64,000 bases of DNA from an uncultured Verrucomicrobiae bacterium (GCA_963719075.1 CAVRAN010000001.1:128324-192323); one strand, 5' to 3'. Positions 29,095 through 39,265 are shown, counted from the stretch's first letter. Program-made: numbers and translations. Notes: generated from the letters alone by a model not told the origin.

Positions 29095-29919
29095 ATGAAA
29101 TCGCCATTGAAAAATAAATGGGTTCTTATCACCGGCGCGTCGAGCGGATTTGGCGCGGCAGCGGCGCGGGCGTTCGGCATGACGGGCGCAAAACTTTTGC
29201 TTGGAGCGCGACGCGTTGACCGCTTGAAAAAAATCGCGGCAGCAGCAAAAAAATCGGGCGCGGGGGCAGCGCATTTTCACGAACTGGACGTGAGCAAAAC
29301 TCCGAGCGTCGAAACTTTTGTCGCTTGGGCGAAAGAAAAAATTGGCCAGCGATCAAATCTTCACGCGCTAATCAATAACGCCGGTGGCGCGCATGGACTT
29401 GACACTGTCGCCGAAGGCAAGGACGCGGATTGGGAAGCGATGATTCAGTCGAATGTGCTCGGCATTTTGCGGATGACCCGCGCGGCGTTGCCGCTCATGC
29501 CACACGACGCCGGCGCGAGTATCATCAACATCGGCTCGGTCGCCAGCCACGCGGTTTATGAAGGCGGTGCGGTTTATTGCGCGGCCAAGGCGGGCGAATT
29601 GCAAATCACCCGCGCGTTGCGGCTCGAATTGCTCGGGACGGGCATTCGCGTCGGCACGGTCGATCCGGGTTTGGCAGAAACGGAATTTTCACTCGTGCGT
29701 TTCAAAGGCGACGCGGCTGGCGCGAAAAAAGTTTATCAAGGCATGAATCCGTTGACCGCTGAAGACATCGCGGAAATTTTGGTCTGGGTCACCAGCCGTC
29801 CGCCACACGTGAACATTGATGAATTGATCGTCAAGCCGGTTGACCAGGCGGCAATTGGAAAAGTTTTCCGCCGCGGAAAAAATAATGTTTCAAATCCCAC
29901 GATTCGCGCGCCAGAGTAA
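29095..29919 (+). CDS. short-chain dehydrogenase/reductase (YdfG-like)
   Basis: Starts at ATG 29095 (MKSPLKNKWVLITGASSGFG, the TGxxxGxG motif). Catalytic YCAAK (YxxxK) and NNAG are present. Confidence 0.85.
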   Translation: MKSPLKNKWVLITGASSGFGAAAARAFGMTGAKLLLGARRVDRLKKIAAAAKKSGAGAAHFHELDVSKTPSVETFVAWAKEKIGQRSNLHALINNAGGAHGLDTVAEGKDADWEAMIQSNVLGILRMTRAALPLMPHDAGASIINIGSVASHAVYEGGAVYCAAKAGELQITRALRLELLGTGIRVGTVDPGLAETEFSLVRFKGDAAGAKKVYQGMNPLTAEDIAEILVWVTSRPPHVNIDELIVKPVDQAAIGKVFRRGKNNVSNPTIRAPE

Positions 29920-31059
29920 AACTGCGCCGACGGCTTGGAAAATAAAATTCGGCAGCCAGACTATTAAATGCGGCGCAAATTCGGGCCGCGCGGACAGCGA
30001 CTCGCCGAGCATGATGAAAGCGTAGTAAACCAGCACGAGTCCGAGCGCAATGGCAACGCCGATATTTGTTTCGCACCGATGCACCCGAATGCCCAGCGGA
30101 ATGCCAATAAGCGTGAAGCCGAAGCACGCAAACGAAAATGCGATCTGCCGGTTCATCTCGACGCGGATCGGTTCGGTCAAATCGTTTCGCTGTTTTTCCG
30201 CCTCGCGCATTTGAGCACGCAGATCATTGGAAGAAGCTCCGTTCGTCGCCAGCGGCAAATTTATCTTTTGCTCCAAGTCATTCAATTCGGCGCGCAATTG
30301 CTGGAAAGACATGTCGCTGATTTTGGGATTGTAAATTTGATTCGTCGGCGCGTTCAGATTGAAATTCAAAATCAGTTCTGGTGACGAGCCGATGCTCACG
30401 TGAGAATCGGTCGTCGTTACGCTACGGGCTTCAGACAAGTGAAGAATGAGTTGCTTGTGCGGCACGTCCACTTCCAGTCGGCCGCGCGGCGCGCGCACGG
30501 TCGTCGTGACATTCGTTTCATTTTGAAGTACGAACACCATGACGTTTTCGAGATTGCCGCCGCTATTTTTGCCCACGTAAAAAATGTAACCGGGAAAATC
30601 GCGGATGAACCGGCCTTCGGGTAGTTGTGCGTTCACAACTTCAGCGCGAATTCGAAAAATCAAATTTTTGAAAGCGACGCGGCAGTGCGGGCCAAAATCC
30701 ACGTTAATCCACGCGCTGATGCAGCAGCACAATAAACTGAGCAAAAGCACCGGCGAGATAAGCGAAAGCAAACTGACACCACTGGCGCGCGCGGCGGTCA
30801 ATTCCTGATCCGCACTGAAACGGCCGAAAACCAGTAATGTGGCCGTGAGCAAACCCATTGGCAGCGCGAAAACCCAAAGGAACGGGATCAACAAACTAAT
30901 GGCTTTAAGCACTGTGCCGAATCGCGCCTGGCGATCAATCAGGAGTGGTAGAATTTCTTTCAACCCGTCGCCGAGCAACAATACGAAGGTGAACACAGTC
31001 AACGTCATCAGCAACGAGGCAAGCACTTGCCAGGTCAGATATTTGTGTAGCGTTTTCAA
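29890..31059 (-). CDS. LptF/LptG-family LPS export permease
   Basis: 389 aa. MKTLHKYLTWQVLASLLMTLTVFTFVLLLGD.. is the typical YjgP/YjgQ N-terminus, with 6 TM segments around a periplasmic beta-jellyroll region. Confidence 0.8.
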   Translation of the reverse strand: MKTLHKYLTWQVLASLLMTLTVFTFVLLLGDGLKEILPLLIDRQARFGTVLKAISLLIPFLWVFALPMGLLTATLLVFGRFSADQELTAARASGVSLLSLISPVLLLSLLCCCISAWINVDFGPHCRVAFKNLIFRIRAEVVNAQLPEGRFIRDFPGYIFYVGKNSGGNLENVMVFVLQNETNVTTTVRAPRGRLEVDVPHKQLILHLSEARSVTTTDSHVSIGSSPELILNFNLNAPTNQIYNPKISDMSFQQLRAELNDLEQKINLPLATNGASSNDLRAQMREAEKQRNDLTEPIRVEMNRQIAFSFACFGFTLIGIPLGIRVHRCETNIGVAIALGLVLVYYAFIMLGESLSARPEFAPHLIVWLPNFIFQAVGAVLLWRANRGI

Positions 31060-31152
31060 GCGTCACCGGATGATGACTTGGCCATGAACAATTCGCAATT
31101 TGCAAAAGTGCCGGACAGTCCGCTACTTTTAGGCATAAATTTGAACTGATTT

Positions 31153-32040
31153 ATGAATCTGAAAATGATCGCGGAATTGTTCTTGGAAACAGCGCGGGCC
31201 GTAGCCGCCAGCAAACTCCCGCGCTTTGGCGCGGCGCTGGCGTATTACACGTTGTTCTCCATCGCGCCGCTGTTCGTGATCGTGCTGGCCATCGCCGGTT
31301 TGTGGTTTGGCCAGGATACGGCGCAAAATGAATTGTTCGACCAGCTTTCCAGTCTCATTGGACACCGGGGAACGGAGGCCATCCAGACGCTTGTAGTGGC
31401 GGCGGACAAGCCAAAGACGGGGTTGACGGCCACGGCGGTCGCCCTCGTGATGCTCTTTGTCGGCGCGAGCAGCGTGTTTGTGGAACTTCAGGATGCGCTC
31501 AACACCATCTGGAACGTTAGAAAAAGAAGGCTGAGCTTCAAGAATTTCATCCGCACCCGGCTGCTTTCGTTCGCGATGGTTTTTGGCATCGGATTTTTGC
31601 TGATGGTGTCACTTGTGCTGAGCGCGGTTCTGGCTGTCGTCAGTAATTACATGAGCGACATCATTCCCGGAAACGAAATCGTCTGGGCCATCGTTGATTA
31701 TTTCTTTTCTTTGGGAACCATCACGGTTCTTTTCGCGCTAATTTTCAAATTGCTGCCGGACGCGATCATCGCGTGGCGCGACGTCTGGATCGGCGCGTTC
31801 ATCACGGCGCTGCTCTTTAATTTCGGGAAATGCGTCCTGGGATTTTATGTGGGCAAAAGCGGCATTGCGTCGGTATATGGCGCAACCGGCTCCCTCGTCA
31901 TTTTTCTGTTGTGGATTTATTACTCCGCGCAAATCCTTTTGTTTGGCGCGAAATACACGCAGCTTTACGCCGACAAATACGGCACGCGCGTTGAATCATC
32001 CTTCACCACGGAAATGATTTACAAAAACAAGTTGGAATAG
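31153..32040 (+). CDS. YihY/BrkB family membrane protein
   Basis: ..AASKLPRFGAALAYYTLFSIAPLFVIVLAIAGL.. and ..GSLVIFLLWIYYSAQILLFGA.. are the family signatures. Confidence 0.8.
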   Translation: MNLKMIAELFLETARAVAASKLPRFGAALAYYTLFSIAPLFVIVLAIAGLWFGQDTAQNELFDQLSSLIGHRGTEAIQTLVVAADKPKTGLTATAVALVMLFVGASSVFVELQDALNTIWNVRKRRLSFKNFIRTRLLSFAMVFGIGFLLMVSLVLSAVLAVVSNYMSDIIPGNEIVWAIVDYFFSLGTITVLFALIFKLLPDAIIAWRDVWIGAFITALLFNFGKCVLGFYVGKSGIASVYGATGSLVIFLLWIYYSAQILLFGAKYTQLYADKYGTRVESSFTTEMIYKNKLE

Positions 32041-32080
32041 CCAAAGCGTTTTGCTCCCCGTATGGAACCCAAAGACAAAG

Positions 32081-33160
32081 CTAAGCCAACTTTTTCAGCA
32101 TTCCCGTCTTCACTTCCCAACGCTGCAAATCTTTGCCCAGCTCGCGCGGCCAGTTTTCTTCCGCAGCGGTTAAAAAAACCTGACCGCTAGTTTTGCGTGC
32201 GTGTTCAAGCAACGGCAAAAATCCGCTACGCCGTTTTACGTCCAATTCGCCCATCACATCGTCAATCAACAAAATCGGCGGCGAACCGTGAATGCCCGCG
32301 AAAAATTCCGCCTGCGCCATTTTCAGCGCAATCGCCAGCGTGCGTTTCTGGCCTTCGCTACCGAATTGCGCGGCGGACTTTTCGTTGAGCAACAATTGCA
32401 AATCGTCGCGGTGCGGGCCGACGAGCGTGGCGCGGAAAGTCTTTTCGCGCGCTCGTGACTGTGCGAGTTCCACGGCAAAATCACTTTTCACGCTGGATCG
32501 GTATTCGATTCGCAATTCCTCCGCATCGTTGGAAATGCGACGATATGCCAGCCGCGCAAGCGGGGAAAATTTTGGCACCAGTTCGCTTCGCGCACGGGTG
32601 ATTTCGTCGCCAAGATTCACAAGTTCCTGCGAAAAACTGTCGAGCGCAGCCTCGTCGCTGGAATGTTGCTTGAGCAGTGCGTTACGGGCGCGGACAGTGT
32701 GCATGTAACGCTGGAGCAGTGGCAAATAAATCGGACTTGTTTGCGCGAGCAGCAAATCTAAAAATCTTCGGCGCGCGCGCGGCGCGCCTTTGACGAGTTG
32801 TAAATCTTCCGTGCAAAAGACCACCGTCCGCAGCGCTCCAAAATAGTCCGCAATTTTTTTCACCGGCTGGCTGTCGAGCGACAAATTCCGCTCGTGCGCC
32901 GACCAGAACATTTTAATTTCGCGTTCGCCCTGCCCGACTATTTTTCCACCGACGAAATAGCCGCGCTGGCCGTGCCGGATCATCTGCGCACCACCGACGC
33001 CGCGAAACGACCGCAGCGTAGCCATGAGATAAATAGCTTCGAGGATGTTCGTCTTGCCTTGCGCGTTGTCGCCGAGTAGTAGATGGAAGCCGGACGCGAA
33101 ATCCACGTCCAGCCGGGCATAATTGCGAAAATCTCTTAGCCGTAAATGAGCCAGATGCAC
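32081..33160 (-). CDS. recF: DNA replication and repair protein RecF
   Basis: MHLAHLRLRDFRNYARLDVDF..LLLGDNAQGKTNILEAIYLMATLRSFRG (Walker A), signature ..GSEGQKRTLAIALKMAQ.., Walker B ..PILLIDDVMGELD... Confidence 0.9.
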   Translation of the reverse strand: MHLAHLRLRDFRNYARLDVDFASGFHLLLGDNAQGKTNILEAIYLMATLRSFRGVGGAQMIRHGQRGYFVGGKIVGQGEREIKMFWSAHERNLSLDSQPVKKIADYFGALRTVVFCTEDLQLVKGAPRARRRFLDLLLAQTSPIYLPLLQRYMHTVRARNALLKQHSSDEAALDSFSQELVNLGDEITRARSELVPKFSPLARLAYRRISNDAEELRIEYRSSVKSDFAVELAQSRAREKTFRATLVGPHRDDLQLLLNEKSAAQFGSEGQKRTLAIALKMAQAEFFAGIHGSPPILLIDDVMGELDVKRRSGFLPLLEHARKTSGQVFLTAAEENWPRELGKDLQRWEVKTGMLKKLA

Positions 33161-33420
33161 ATGGGTAAAATGAATTGGAAAAGAAATTGCGGCGAGACTT
33201 TTCGAAGTGGCATTTCAAAAATAGCAAATTCAAATTACGTGTATGCTCGCGGTTTGGCTCGGCGATTGATATTGTCACACGCTGAAAACAGCCACCATGA
33301 GAGATTTGTGGAGCCGATTTCCCAACGCTGTATGGGATGCGCACAGTTCGGTCGTTGTAATTAAGGTTGCGGTTCTGCTGGTGAGCCGTCGCAAGTCAGA
33401 TTTACTGTCCGTCGGGGGAA

Positions 33421-33789
33421 TTATTTAGCCACCAGCAGCTTGTCTATGGCATCTTTGATGGCGAGGAGATGGGTTGGCTTTTTGATAACTACATCGATAG
33501 AAGAACAATCATTGGGCGGATTCCCAGAGCACATCACCACGGGCGTGGATGGGGATCTCAGTTTGATAACATGCGCCATTTCACCGCCCGTCATGCCGGG
33601 CATGGAATTGTCGGTTAAGACCAAGTCATGGAGGGTGGGATTAAAACAAACGAGAGCCTCAATTCCAGAATTTGCGCAATCCACCTCGTATCCAAAGTTA
33701 TTCAGAAACAACTTAGTTAAAAGACGAGTATCATCATTATCATCAACTAGCAGCACGGTTCTTAAATGAGACTCTAAACTATTTTGCAC
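33421..33789 (-). CDS. stand-alone receiver-domain response regulator
   Basis: 122 aa. ..VLLVDDNDDTRLL...DLVLTDNSMPGMTGGEM...VIKKP... There is no output domain. It lies in an AT-rich spacer region. Confidence 0.75.
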   Translation of the reverse strand: MQNSLESHLRTVLLVDDNDDTRLLTKLFLNNFGYEVDCANSGIEALVCFNPTLHDLVLTDNSMPGMTGGEMAHVIKLRSPSTPVVMCSGNPPNDCSSIDVVIKKPTHLLAIKDAIDKLLVAK

Positions 33790-34066
33790 AATTTTTTGGT
33801 TAAGAGATACTTTGTTTTTTATCCATGCACACTCTATGTGGCATTTCCGTTACCTTCTATGCTAATTTGAGACATAAATTGTCAGTATAAGGACATAAAA
33901 ACTGGAAATCGACCTGCTAAAATTTTTAGGAAGAAAGAAACAGGTTGAGAAATTAGCATTGTCAGATGGGTAATCAGCGAACCCAATGTCAACAATGAAC
34001 GTTTTTCATTCAATTAACTTGTGCGCCGAGAGGCACAAGGTAGAATTTTAAAAATTTCAGACGAAT

Positions 34067-34744
34067 ATGGCGAAGCCCCTTAAGATGAGAATAATAGATG
34101 GGCAGAAAAGCCGGATATTCTTGGTAGAAGATCATCCGGTTTTTCGCGATGGATTGTCGAAACTGTTGAACGCAGAAGATGATTTGACGGTGTGTGGTGA
34201 AGCGGGCGACGCCAGGCAAGCCCTTAAATTAATAATAAAACTCAAACCAGATCTGGTGGTGGTGGATCTTGGCCTGCCCGACAAAAGTGGACTGGAACTA
34301 ATCAAGGAAATCAGGGCCTTGAAGCTCGTAGTTAAGTTGTTGGTTGTTTCCATGTTCGACGAAGCCCTTTATGCTCAACGCGTTCTGCGCGCAGGGGGAG
34401 ACGGCTACATCATGAAACAGGCAGACCCACAAGAGATAGTCCTCGCAATTCGTGACGTGCTGGCTGGTCATATCCATGTCAGTGAAGATGTTTTTGCCAA
34501 AGATTCATTAAAACAACCGTCTGAAAAAAAAGCTGAGGCGCTCGATCAGCTTACAGATTCTGAACTTGAAGTTCTGGAATCGCTTGGCCATGGCAAAAGC
34601 ACACAAGAAATATCCCTTCAAGCTGGCTTGTCCGGCGCGAAGGTCAATGCACATAGCAGCAGCATCCGCCGGAAGCTTAAATTGAAAAGCTTTAATGCCT
34701 TGGTCCGCTATGCGGTCTCTTGGGTTGAGGACAGTCGTAAATAG
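34067..34744 (+). CDS. NarL/LuxR-family response regulator (no adjacent kinase)
   Basis: REC domain ..IFLVEDHPVFRDGL...DLVVVDLGLPDKSG... C-terminal HTH ..LTDSELEVLESLGHGKSTQEISLQAGLSGAKVNAHSSSIRRKLKL... Confidence 0.85.
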   Translation: MAKPLKMRIIDGQKSRIFLVEDHPVFRDGLSKLLNAEDDLTVCGEAGDARQALKLIIKLKPDLVVVDLGLPDKSGLELIKEIRALKLVVKLLVVSMFDEALYAQRVLRAGGDGYIMKQADPQEIVLAIRDVLAGHIHVSEDVFAKDSLKQPSEKKAEALDQLTDSELEVLESLGHGKSTQEISLQAGLSGAKVNAHSSSIRRKLKLKSFNALVRYAVSWVEDSRK

Positions 34745-34925
34745 AATAACCCTCACTTCATGCAAGATTGGGGAATAAAACCGGCCAATTTGGAGACTTG
34801 GCCAATCTTTTCAAAATGGGTCGTTGAAATGGCTTCCATCAAAAACCGAACTTGAGGCTTCAAACTGAATCTGTCGGCTTCGGAAACAAGCTGAATAGCA
34901 TGATTTTAATAATTATCGCGCCTTT

Positions 34926-36644
34926 TTACGCCCAATCAAGCACCTTGAGTTGAACAGCTTTTCTCCCGTTGAACTGATTGATTTGTGGCACGAACGCGAG
35001 GTCAAATTTTCCAACCGGCAACGATTGGTTGCCGCCATTCCACCAAACGGCTTCATGCGTGACCATGCCGTCTGTCACCCACATTTTGACATGCTGCTTG
35101 TCCGCGCCCATTCGTTGCAGTGGCCGTTGATGTAACAAACTACGCGTGCAAAATTGCACGGTCGGATTGCCCTGGCCGGTCGGTTTTAGACGGTCAAGTT
35201 CGACGAGCGATTCCAAAGTCATTTCATCAAGGCCGATTTCCGCATCAAGCCGCAGCGACGGCTGCAGATCTTCCAGTTTTAAACTGCGCCGCGCCAGCTC
35301 GTTCAATCGCTGTCGTAGCAAATCAATTTTGTCCGGCACGATGCTCAAGCCGGCCGCCATGGCGTGACCGCCGTGGCGTAAAAGCAAATCGCCGCACTCT
35401 TGCAAGGCGGCGGCCAGATCAAAACCGGCGATGCTGCGGCCTGAACCGCGCCATTCTTCGCCTTCGCCGCCGATGATAATCGTCGGCCGATAAAATTCCT
35501 GCAGCACACGCGAGGCAACGATGCCAACAACACCGACATGCCAGAGCAATTGCCCCTCAACGATGACGAAATCGGTTTGCGAATCGAATTTCGCGCGGAT
35601 GGCACCAATGACTTCTTCGCAGATGCCGCGTTCAATTTTCTGACGCTCGCGATTCCGTGAATCAAGATTTTGCGCCAGCGGCAATGCCTCTTCCAAATTT
35701 TTTGCGAGGAGCAAATGCAAAGATTCTTCGGCGGTTTCAAGACGGCCGGCAGCGTTCAAGCGTGGCGCGAGTTGAAAACCGACTTCAAATGTACCGATTT
35801 TTTCCGGCGATTTGGCGACCTTTTTCAGCGCGATAAGTCCAGGACGTTGCGATTGATTTAATTGGCGCAATCCGGCGGAAACGAGAATGCGATTTTCGCC
35901 AACCAACGGTACGATGTCCGCAATCGTGCCCAGTGCGACCAAATCGAGCAACGGTCGCAAATCAAACTCCGCTGCGCCGGCTAAGTTGGTTTCGCGTCCG
36001 CGTTTCAAAATCGCGTGGGCGAGTTTGAAAGCAAGGCCGACGGAGCAAAGTTCAGCGAAAGGAGTTGGGCGTTGGGAACTGGCGGATTGGACGTGAGGAT
36101 TAACCAATGCGGTCGCGGTCGGCGCGGGATTTGAAACCTGATGGTGGTCGAGAACAATTACATCTACACTACATCCACGAAGTGAAGCAATTGTTTCAAC
36201 GGCGGTCGAGCCGCAGTCAACGGCAAGCAACAAAGTCGTCGGGAATTTTTTGAGACAATTTTCGACACCGTCGGCACTCAAACCGTAGCCTTCGTCCAAG
36301 CGATGAGGCAAATAAAAATCCACTTTCAAGCCGAGCGCGCGAAAAACTTCAAGCAACAGCGTGGTGGAAGTCACGCCATCCACGTCATAATCGCCAAAAA
36401 TGACGAGCGATTCGTTATGTGTGCGCGCGCGAAGCAATCGCTCAACAGCCGTATTCATATCCGGCAACAGAAACGGGTCGGCGAGATTTTTAAGGCGCGG
36501 CTGGAGAAAATTTTCAATCTCGGAAATTTCACTGCGACCGCGATTGAGCAGACATTGCGCGAACAGCGGCGAGATTTTAAGTTGCGACGCCAGTTGTCCG
36601 GCAAGCAACGGTTGCGGCGGCGCGAGTGACCAGCGGAATTTCAT
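34926..36644 (-). CDS. recJ: single-stranded-DNA-specific exonuclease RecJ
   Basis: DHH motifs ..IFGDYDVDGVTS.., ..VDCGS.., ..VIVLDHHQ... DHHA1 ..GGHAMAAG... 572 aa. Confidence 0.9.
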   Translation of the reverse strand: MKFRWSLAPPQPLLAGQLASQLKISPLFAQCLLNRGRSEISEIENFLQPRLKNLADPFLLPDMNTAVERLLRARTHNESLVIFGDYDVDGVTSTTLLLEVFRALGLKVDFYLPHRLDEGYGLSADGVENCLKKFPTTLLLAVDCGSTAVETIASLRGCSVDVIVLDHHQVSNPAPTATALVNPHVQSASSQRPTPFAELCSVGLAFKLAHAILKRGRETNLAGAAEFDLRPLLDLVALGTIADIVPLVGENRILVSAGLRQLNQSQRPGLIALKKVAKSPEKIGTFEVGFQLAPRLNAAGRLETAEESLHLLLAKNLEEALPLAQNLDSRNRERQKIERGICEEVIGAIRAKFDSQTDFVIVEGQLLWHVGVVGIVASRVLQEFYRPTIIIGGEGEEWRGSGRSIAGFDLAAALQECGDLLLRHGGHAMAAGLSIVPDKIDLLRQRLNELARRSLKLEDLQPSLRLDAEIGLDEMTLESLVELDRLKPTGQGNPTVQFCTRSLLHQRPLQRMGADKQHVKMWVTDGMVTHEAVWWNGGNQSLPVGKFDLAFVPQINQFNGRKAVQLKVLDWA

Positions 36645-36653
36645 TTTTATTCA

Positions 36654-36678
36654 GCCACAGATGAACACAGATGAACCC
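36654..36678. repeat. copy of dispersed leader motif, contains a perfect tandem 10-mer (CACAGATGAA x2)
   Basis: GCCACAGATGAACACAGATGAACCC lies 10 nt upstream of the recJ start. It is about 19/22 identical (one gap) to the motif upstream of pyrG at 55039-55060. Confidence 0.6.
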
Positions 36679-36753
36679 GGATTAAAAATGAAAAAACCGA
36701 TTCAAAAAACGGGAAAGTCAGTGGAATGATCAAATCTCCGCCGGCGTGATGTT

Positions 36754-39258
36754 TTACATTTTCACCTGCGACGCGCCAATGTTCGGGCGCTCGCCTTTAT
36801 GCCACCAGAGCACGAGCGCGCTGGCGACATAAATCGACGAATAGGTGCCGGTGATGATGCCGACGAGAAAGGTGAAGGCAAAATCGTTGATGACGCCGCC
36901 GCCGAAAACATAGAGCGAGAGCGTGGCCAGAAACACCGTGCCGGATGTGATGATGGTGCGGCTTAAAGTTTGATTGAGCGCCTGATTGATGACTTCTTTG
37001 AACGAGCCGCGTATTCCCAGTTTCAAATCTTCGCGAATGCGGTCAAAGATGACGATTTTGTCGTTGATGGAAAAGCCGATGATGGTCAACACGGCGGCGA
37101 CGACGGTGGCGTTGAATTCGCGTCCCGAAAAGCCGTTGGCAATACAATAACAGCCGATGGTGAGCAGCACATCGTGTATCACGGCAACCACCGCAGCGAC
37201 AGCGAAGGAAAATTCGTAGCGGAACGCGACGTAAACCAAAATACCGAACAACGAGAGCAAGCAAGCCACAATGGCCGAGCGTTGAATTTCCTTGCCGACG
37301 ACCGCGCCGACCTGCTGCTGGCCAATGGCCTTGAATTGCGCCTGCGGGAATTTCGTTTCAAGCGCCTGCTCAACTTTTTCCGCCGAGCCGGTAGAAGTCG
37401 TCACGCGCAACGTTTCCGTTCCGGCACCGGCGACATCCCTTTGATATTGGATTTGCGCGCCTTTTTCGCCAATGTCCGTCAACGCGCCGCGTATTTGTTC
37501 CACGTCCGGTTTTTGCGCGAAGCTGAATGTCGTGCTGTCACCGCCGAGAAAATCCACGCCGAATAATTTCGAACCACGTTCAAAAACGCCGTAGCCAAGC
37601 GACAGGACAATGAACGTCCACGTGATGATGAATAATGGCGTGGCGATTTTCATGAAATTGACTTTCGCACTCTTAATTAGATGAAACATGTGCAGCGATT
37701 TGAGAATGTTACGATCGAGCAGGAAGTTGAAAATCAATCGTGTCACGACGAGCGCCGTGAACAAACTCGCGGCGATACCGATGGTCAGCGTAACGCCGAA
37801 TCCTTTGATTTCGCCCGTGCCCATGAAAATCAAAATAATGGACGAAATCAGTGTCGTGACGTGCGAGTCGAAAATCGTTCCGAAGGCGCGCGCGTAGCCG
37901 GCGGCGATTGCGCCGCGCAGTGATTTGCCCTTGGCAATTTCCTCGCGCAGACGTTCGTAAATCAACACGTTCGCGTCCACGGCCATGCCGATGGTCAAAA
38001 CGACGCCCGCGATGCCCGGCAGCGTGAGCGTCGTGCCGATGGAACACATGACGCCGAGCAAAATGATGATGTTGGTGATGAGCGCGATGTTCGCCGTGAT
38101 GCCGGCAATCCAATAATAGCAGAGCATAAACACGGAAACCAAAATGACGCTGACGATGGACGCGCGAATGCCGCTGCGAATGGAATCTTTGCCGAGCGTC
38201 GGGTCAACATCCGTCGAATAAACAATTTTGAGCGGCGCGCGCAGCGGGTTTTGCAGGACGCTGGCCAGATTCTGCGCTTCTTGCGGCGTAAATTGCCCCG
38301 TGATTTCGCAAGTGCCGGTTTCAATTGCCCCGTCAATCCTGGGTGCTGAATACAACTCGCCGTCCAAAATGATTGCCATGCGATGATATACATTTCCTTC
38401 GGGAGCGAATTTGCTCGTGGTTTCAGCAAATCTTTTCGCGCCATCGTCGGTGAGCGTAAAACTGATTTGAGGTTCGCCTAAATTTCCACGCACCATCATG
38501 GCACTTTTCACAATGTCGCCGGCAAGACCGTTTTCGGCCTTTTTCTTCACTATGAATTGTTCAATCACCGGCGGTTCATTGGGGCGCTTTTCAACATACT
38601 TGAGCAATTCATAGCCCGGTGGAATCGGTTCATGATTGGCAATAATGTCATCGCTGTCATCATTCACCATCCGAAATTCCAGATAGGCGGCCTTTTGAAT
38701 GTTTTTCCTGGCGTCACTCTTCACCGATTCAGCGAGGCCAGGCAGTTGAATTAAAATCCGATTGCCGCCCGCCGGTTGAATCACCGGCTCGGCCACGCCC
38801 AAAGCGTCCACGCGTTTGCGCAAAACCTCGACAGCTTGTGCCAATGCTTCGTTCGCTTCATTCGGATTTTCCAGTTTGTTCGTGTCCATCTCGACGAGGA
38901 ATGACGTGCCGCCCTGCAAATCAAGGCCGAGCTTGATGCGCCCTGAGGCATCGCGCTGGAGCTGGTTCAAAATGAACGTTGCCGGATATAATTCATTCTT
39001 CGCGTCAACGAATGGAAAATACGGCTGGATATCGTTGGTGCCGATGGCTTCCTGCAAATTGGCGAACTCGCGGCTTGCATTCGTCGATTGCAACGGTGCA
39101 AGCCGCTGCAAAATGTTCGTGAACGTCGCGTCCTGATTTTCCGCGCGCGATTCAAATTGCTGGACCAAGTCGCGCGAGGTCGGCGGATAAATTTCGTAAA
39201 ATGACCACAAAACGACAAGGACGACGAAGGCAAATGTCCAAAACTTATTTCGGTTCAT
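36754..39258 (-). CDS. secDF: fused protein-export membrane protein SecDF
   Basis: 834 aa. The SecD-like N-terminal half has a large periplasmic domain, and the SecF-like C-terminal half has a second 6-TM bundle. It lies directly downstream of yajC. Confidence 0.9.
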   Translation of the reverse strand: MNRNKFWTFAFVVLVVLWSFYEIYPPTSRDLVQQFESRAENQDATFTNILQRLAPLQSTNASREFANLQEAIGTNDIQPYFPFVDAKNELYPATFILNQLQRDASGRIKLGLDLQGGTSFLVEMDTNKLENPNEANEALAQAVEVLRKRVDALGVAEPVIQPAGGNRILIQLPGLAESVKSDARKNIQKAAYLEFRMVNDDSDDIIANHEPIPPGYELLKYVEKRPNEPPVIEQFIVKKKAENGLAGDIVKSAMMVRGNLGEPQISFTLTDDGAKRFAETTSKFAPEGNVYHRMAIILDGELYSAPRIDGAIETGTCEITGQFTPQEAQNLASVLQNPLRAPLKIVYSTDVDPTLGKDSIRSGIRASIVSVILVSVFMLCYYWIAGITANIALITNIIILLGVMCSIGTTLTLPGIAGVVLTIGMAVDANVLIYERLREEIAKGKSLRGAIAAGYARAFGTIFDSHVTTLISSIILIFMGTGEIKGFGVTLTIGIAASLFTALVVTRLIFNFLLDRNILKSLHMFHLIKSAKVNFMKIATPLFIITWTFIVLSLGYGVFERGSKLFGVDFLGGDSTTFSFAQKPDVEQIRGALTDIGEKGAQIQYQRDVAGAGTETLRVTTSTGSAEKVEQALETKFPQAQFKAIGQQQVGAVVGKEIQRSAIVACLLSLFGILVYVAFRYEFSFAVAAVVAVIHDVLLTIGCYCIANGFSGREFNATVVAAVLTIIGFSINDKIVIFDRIREDLKLGIRGSFKEVINQALNQTLSRTIITSGTVFLATLSLYVFGGGVINDFAFTFLVGIITGTYSSIYVASALVLWWHKGERPNIGASQVKM

Positions 39259-39265
39259 GGCAAGC

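Noticed and set aside
28427-29100. tRNA-Ala as an integration site for a genomic island or prophage
   Set aside because: There is no integrase, no direct repeat of the tRNA 3' end, and no phage or mobility genes downstream. The following genes (a membrane protein, an SDR, LptF/G) look like ordinary chromosome.
36656-36675. Tandem short repeats (10-mers here, octamers at 45454-45477 and 60420-60443) as a CRISPR array or minisatellite
   Set aside because: The units are only 8-10 nt with no spacers, there are just 2-4 copies, and no cas genes are in the window. They do not fit CRISPR architecture.
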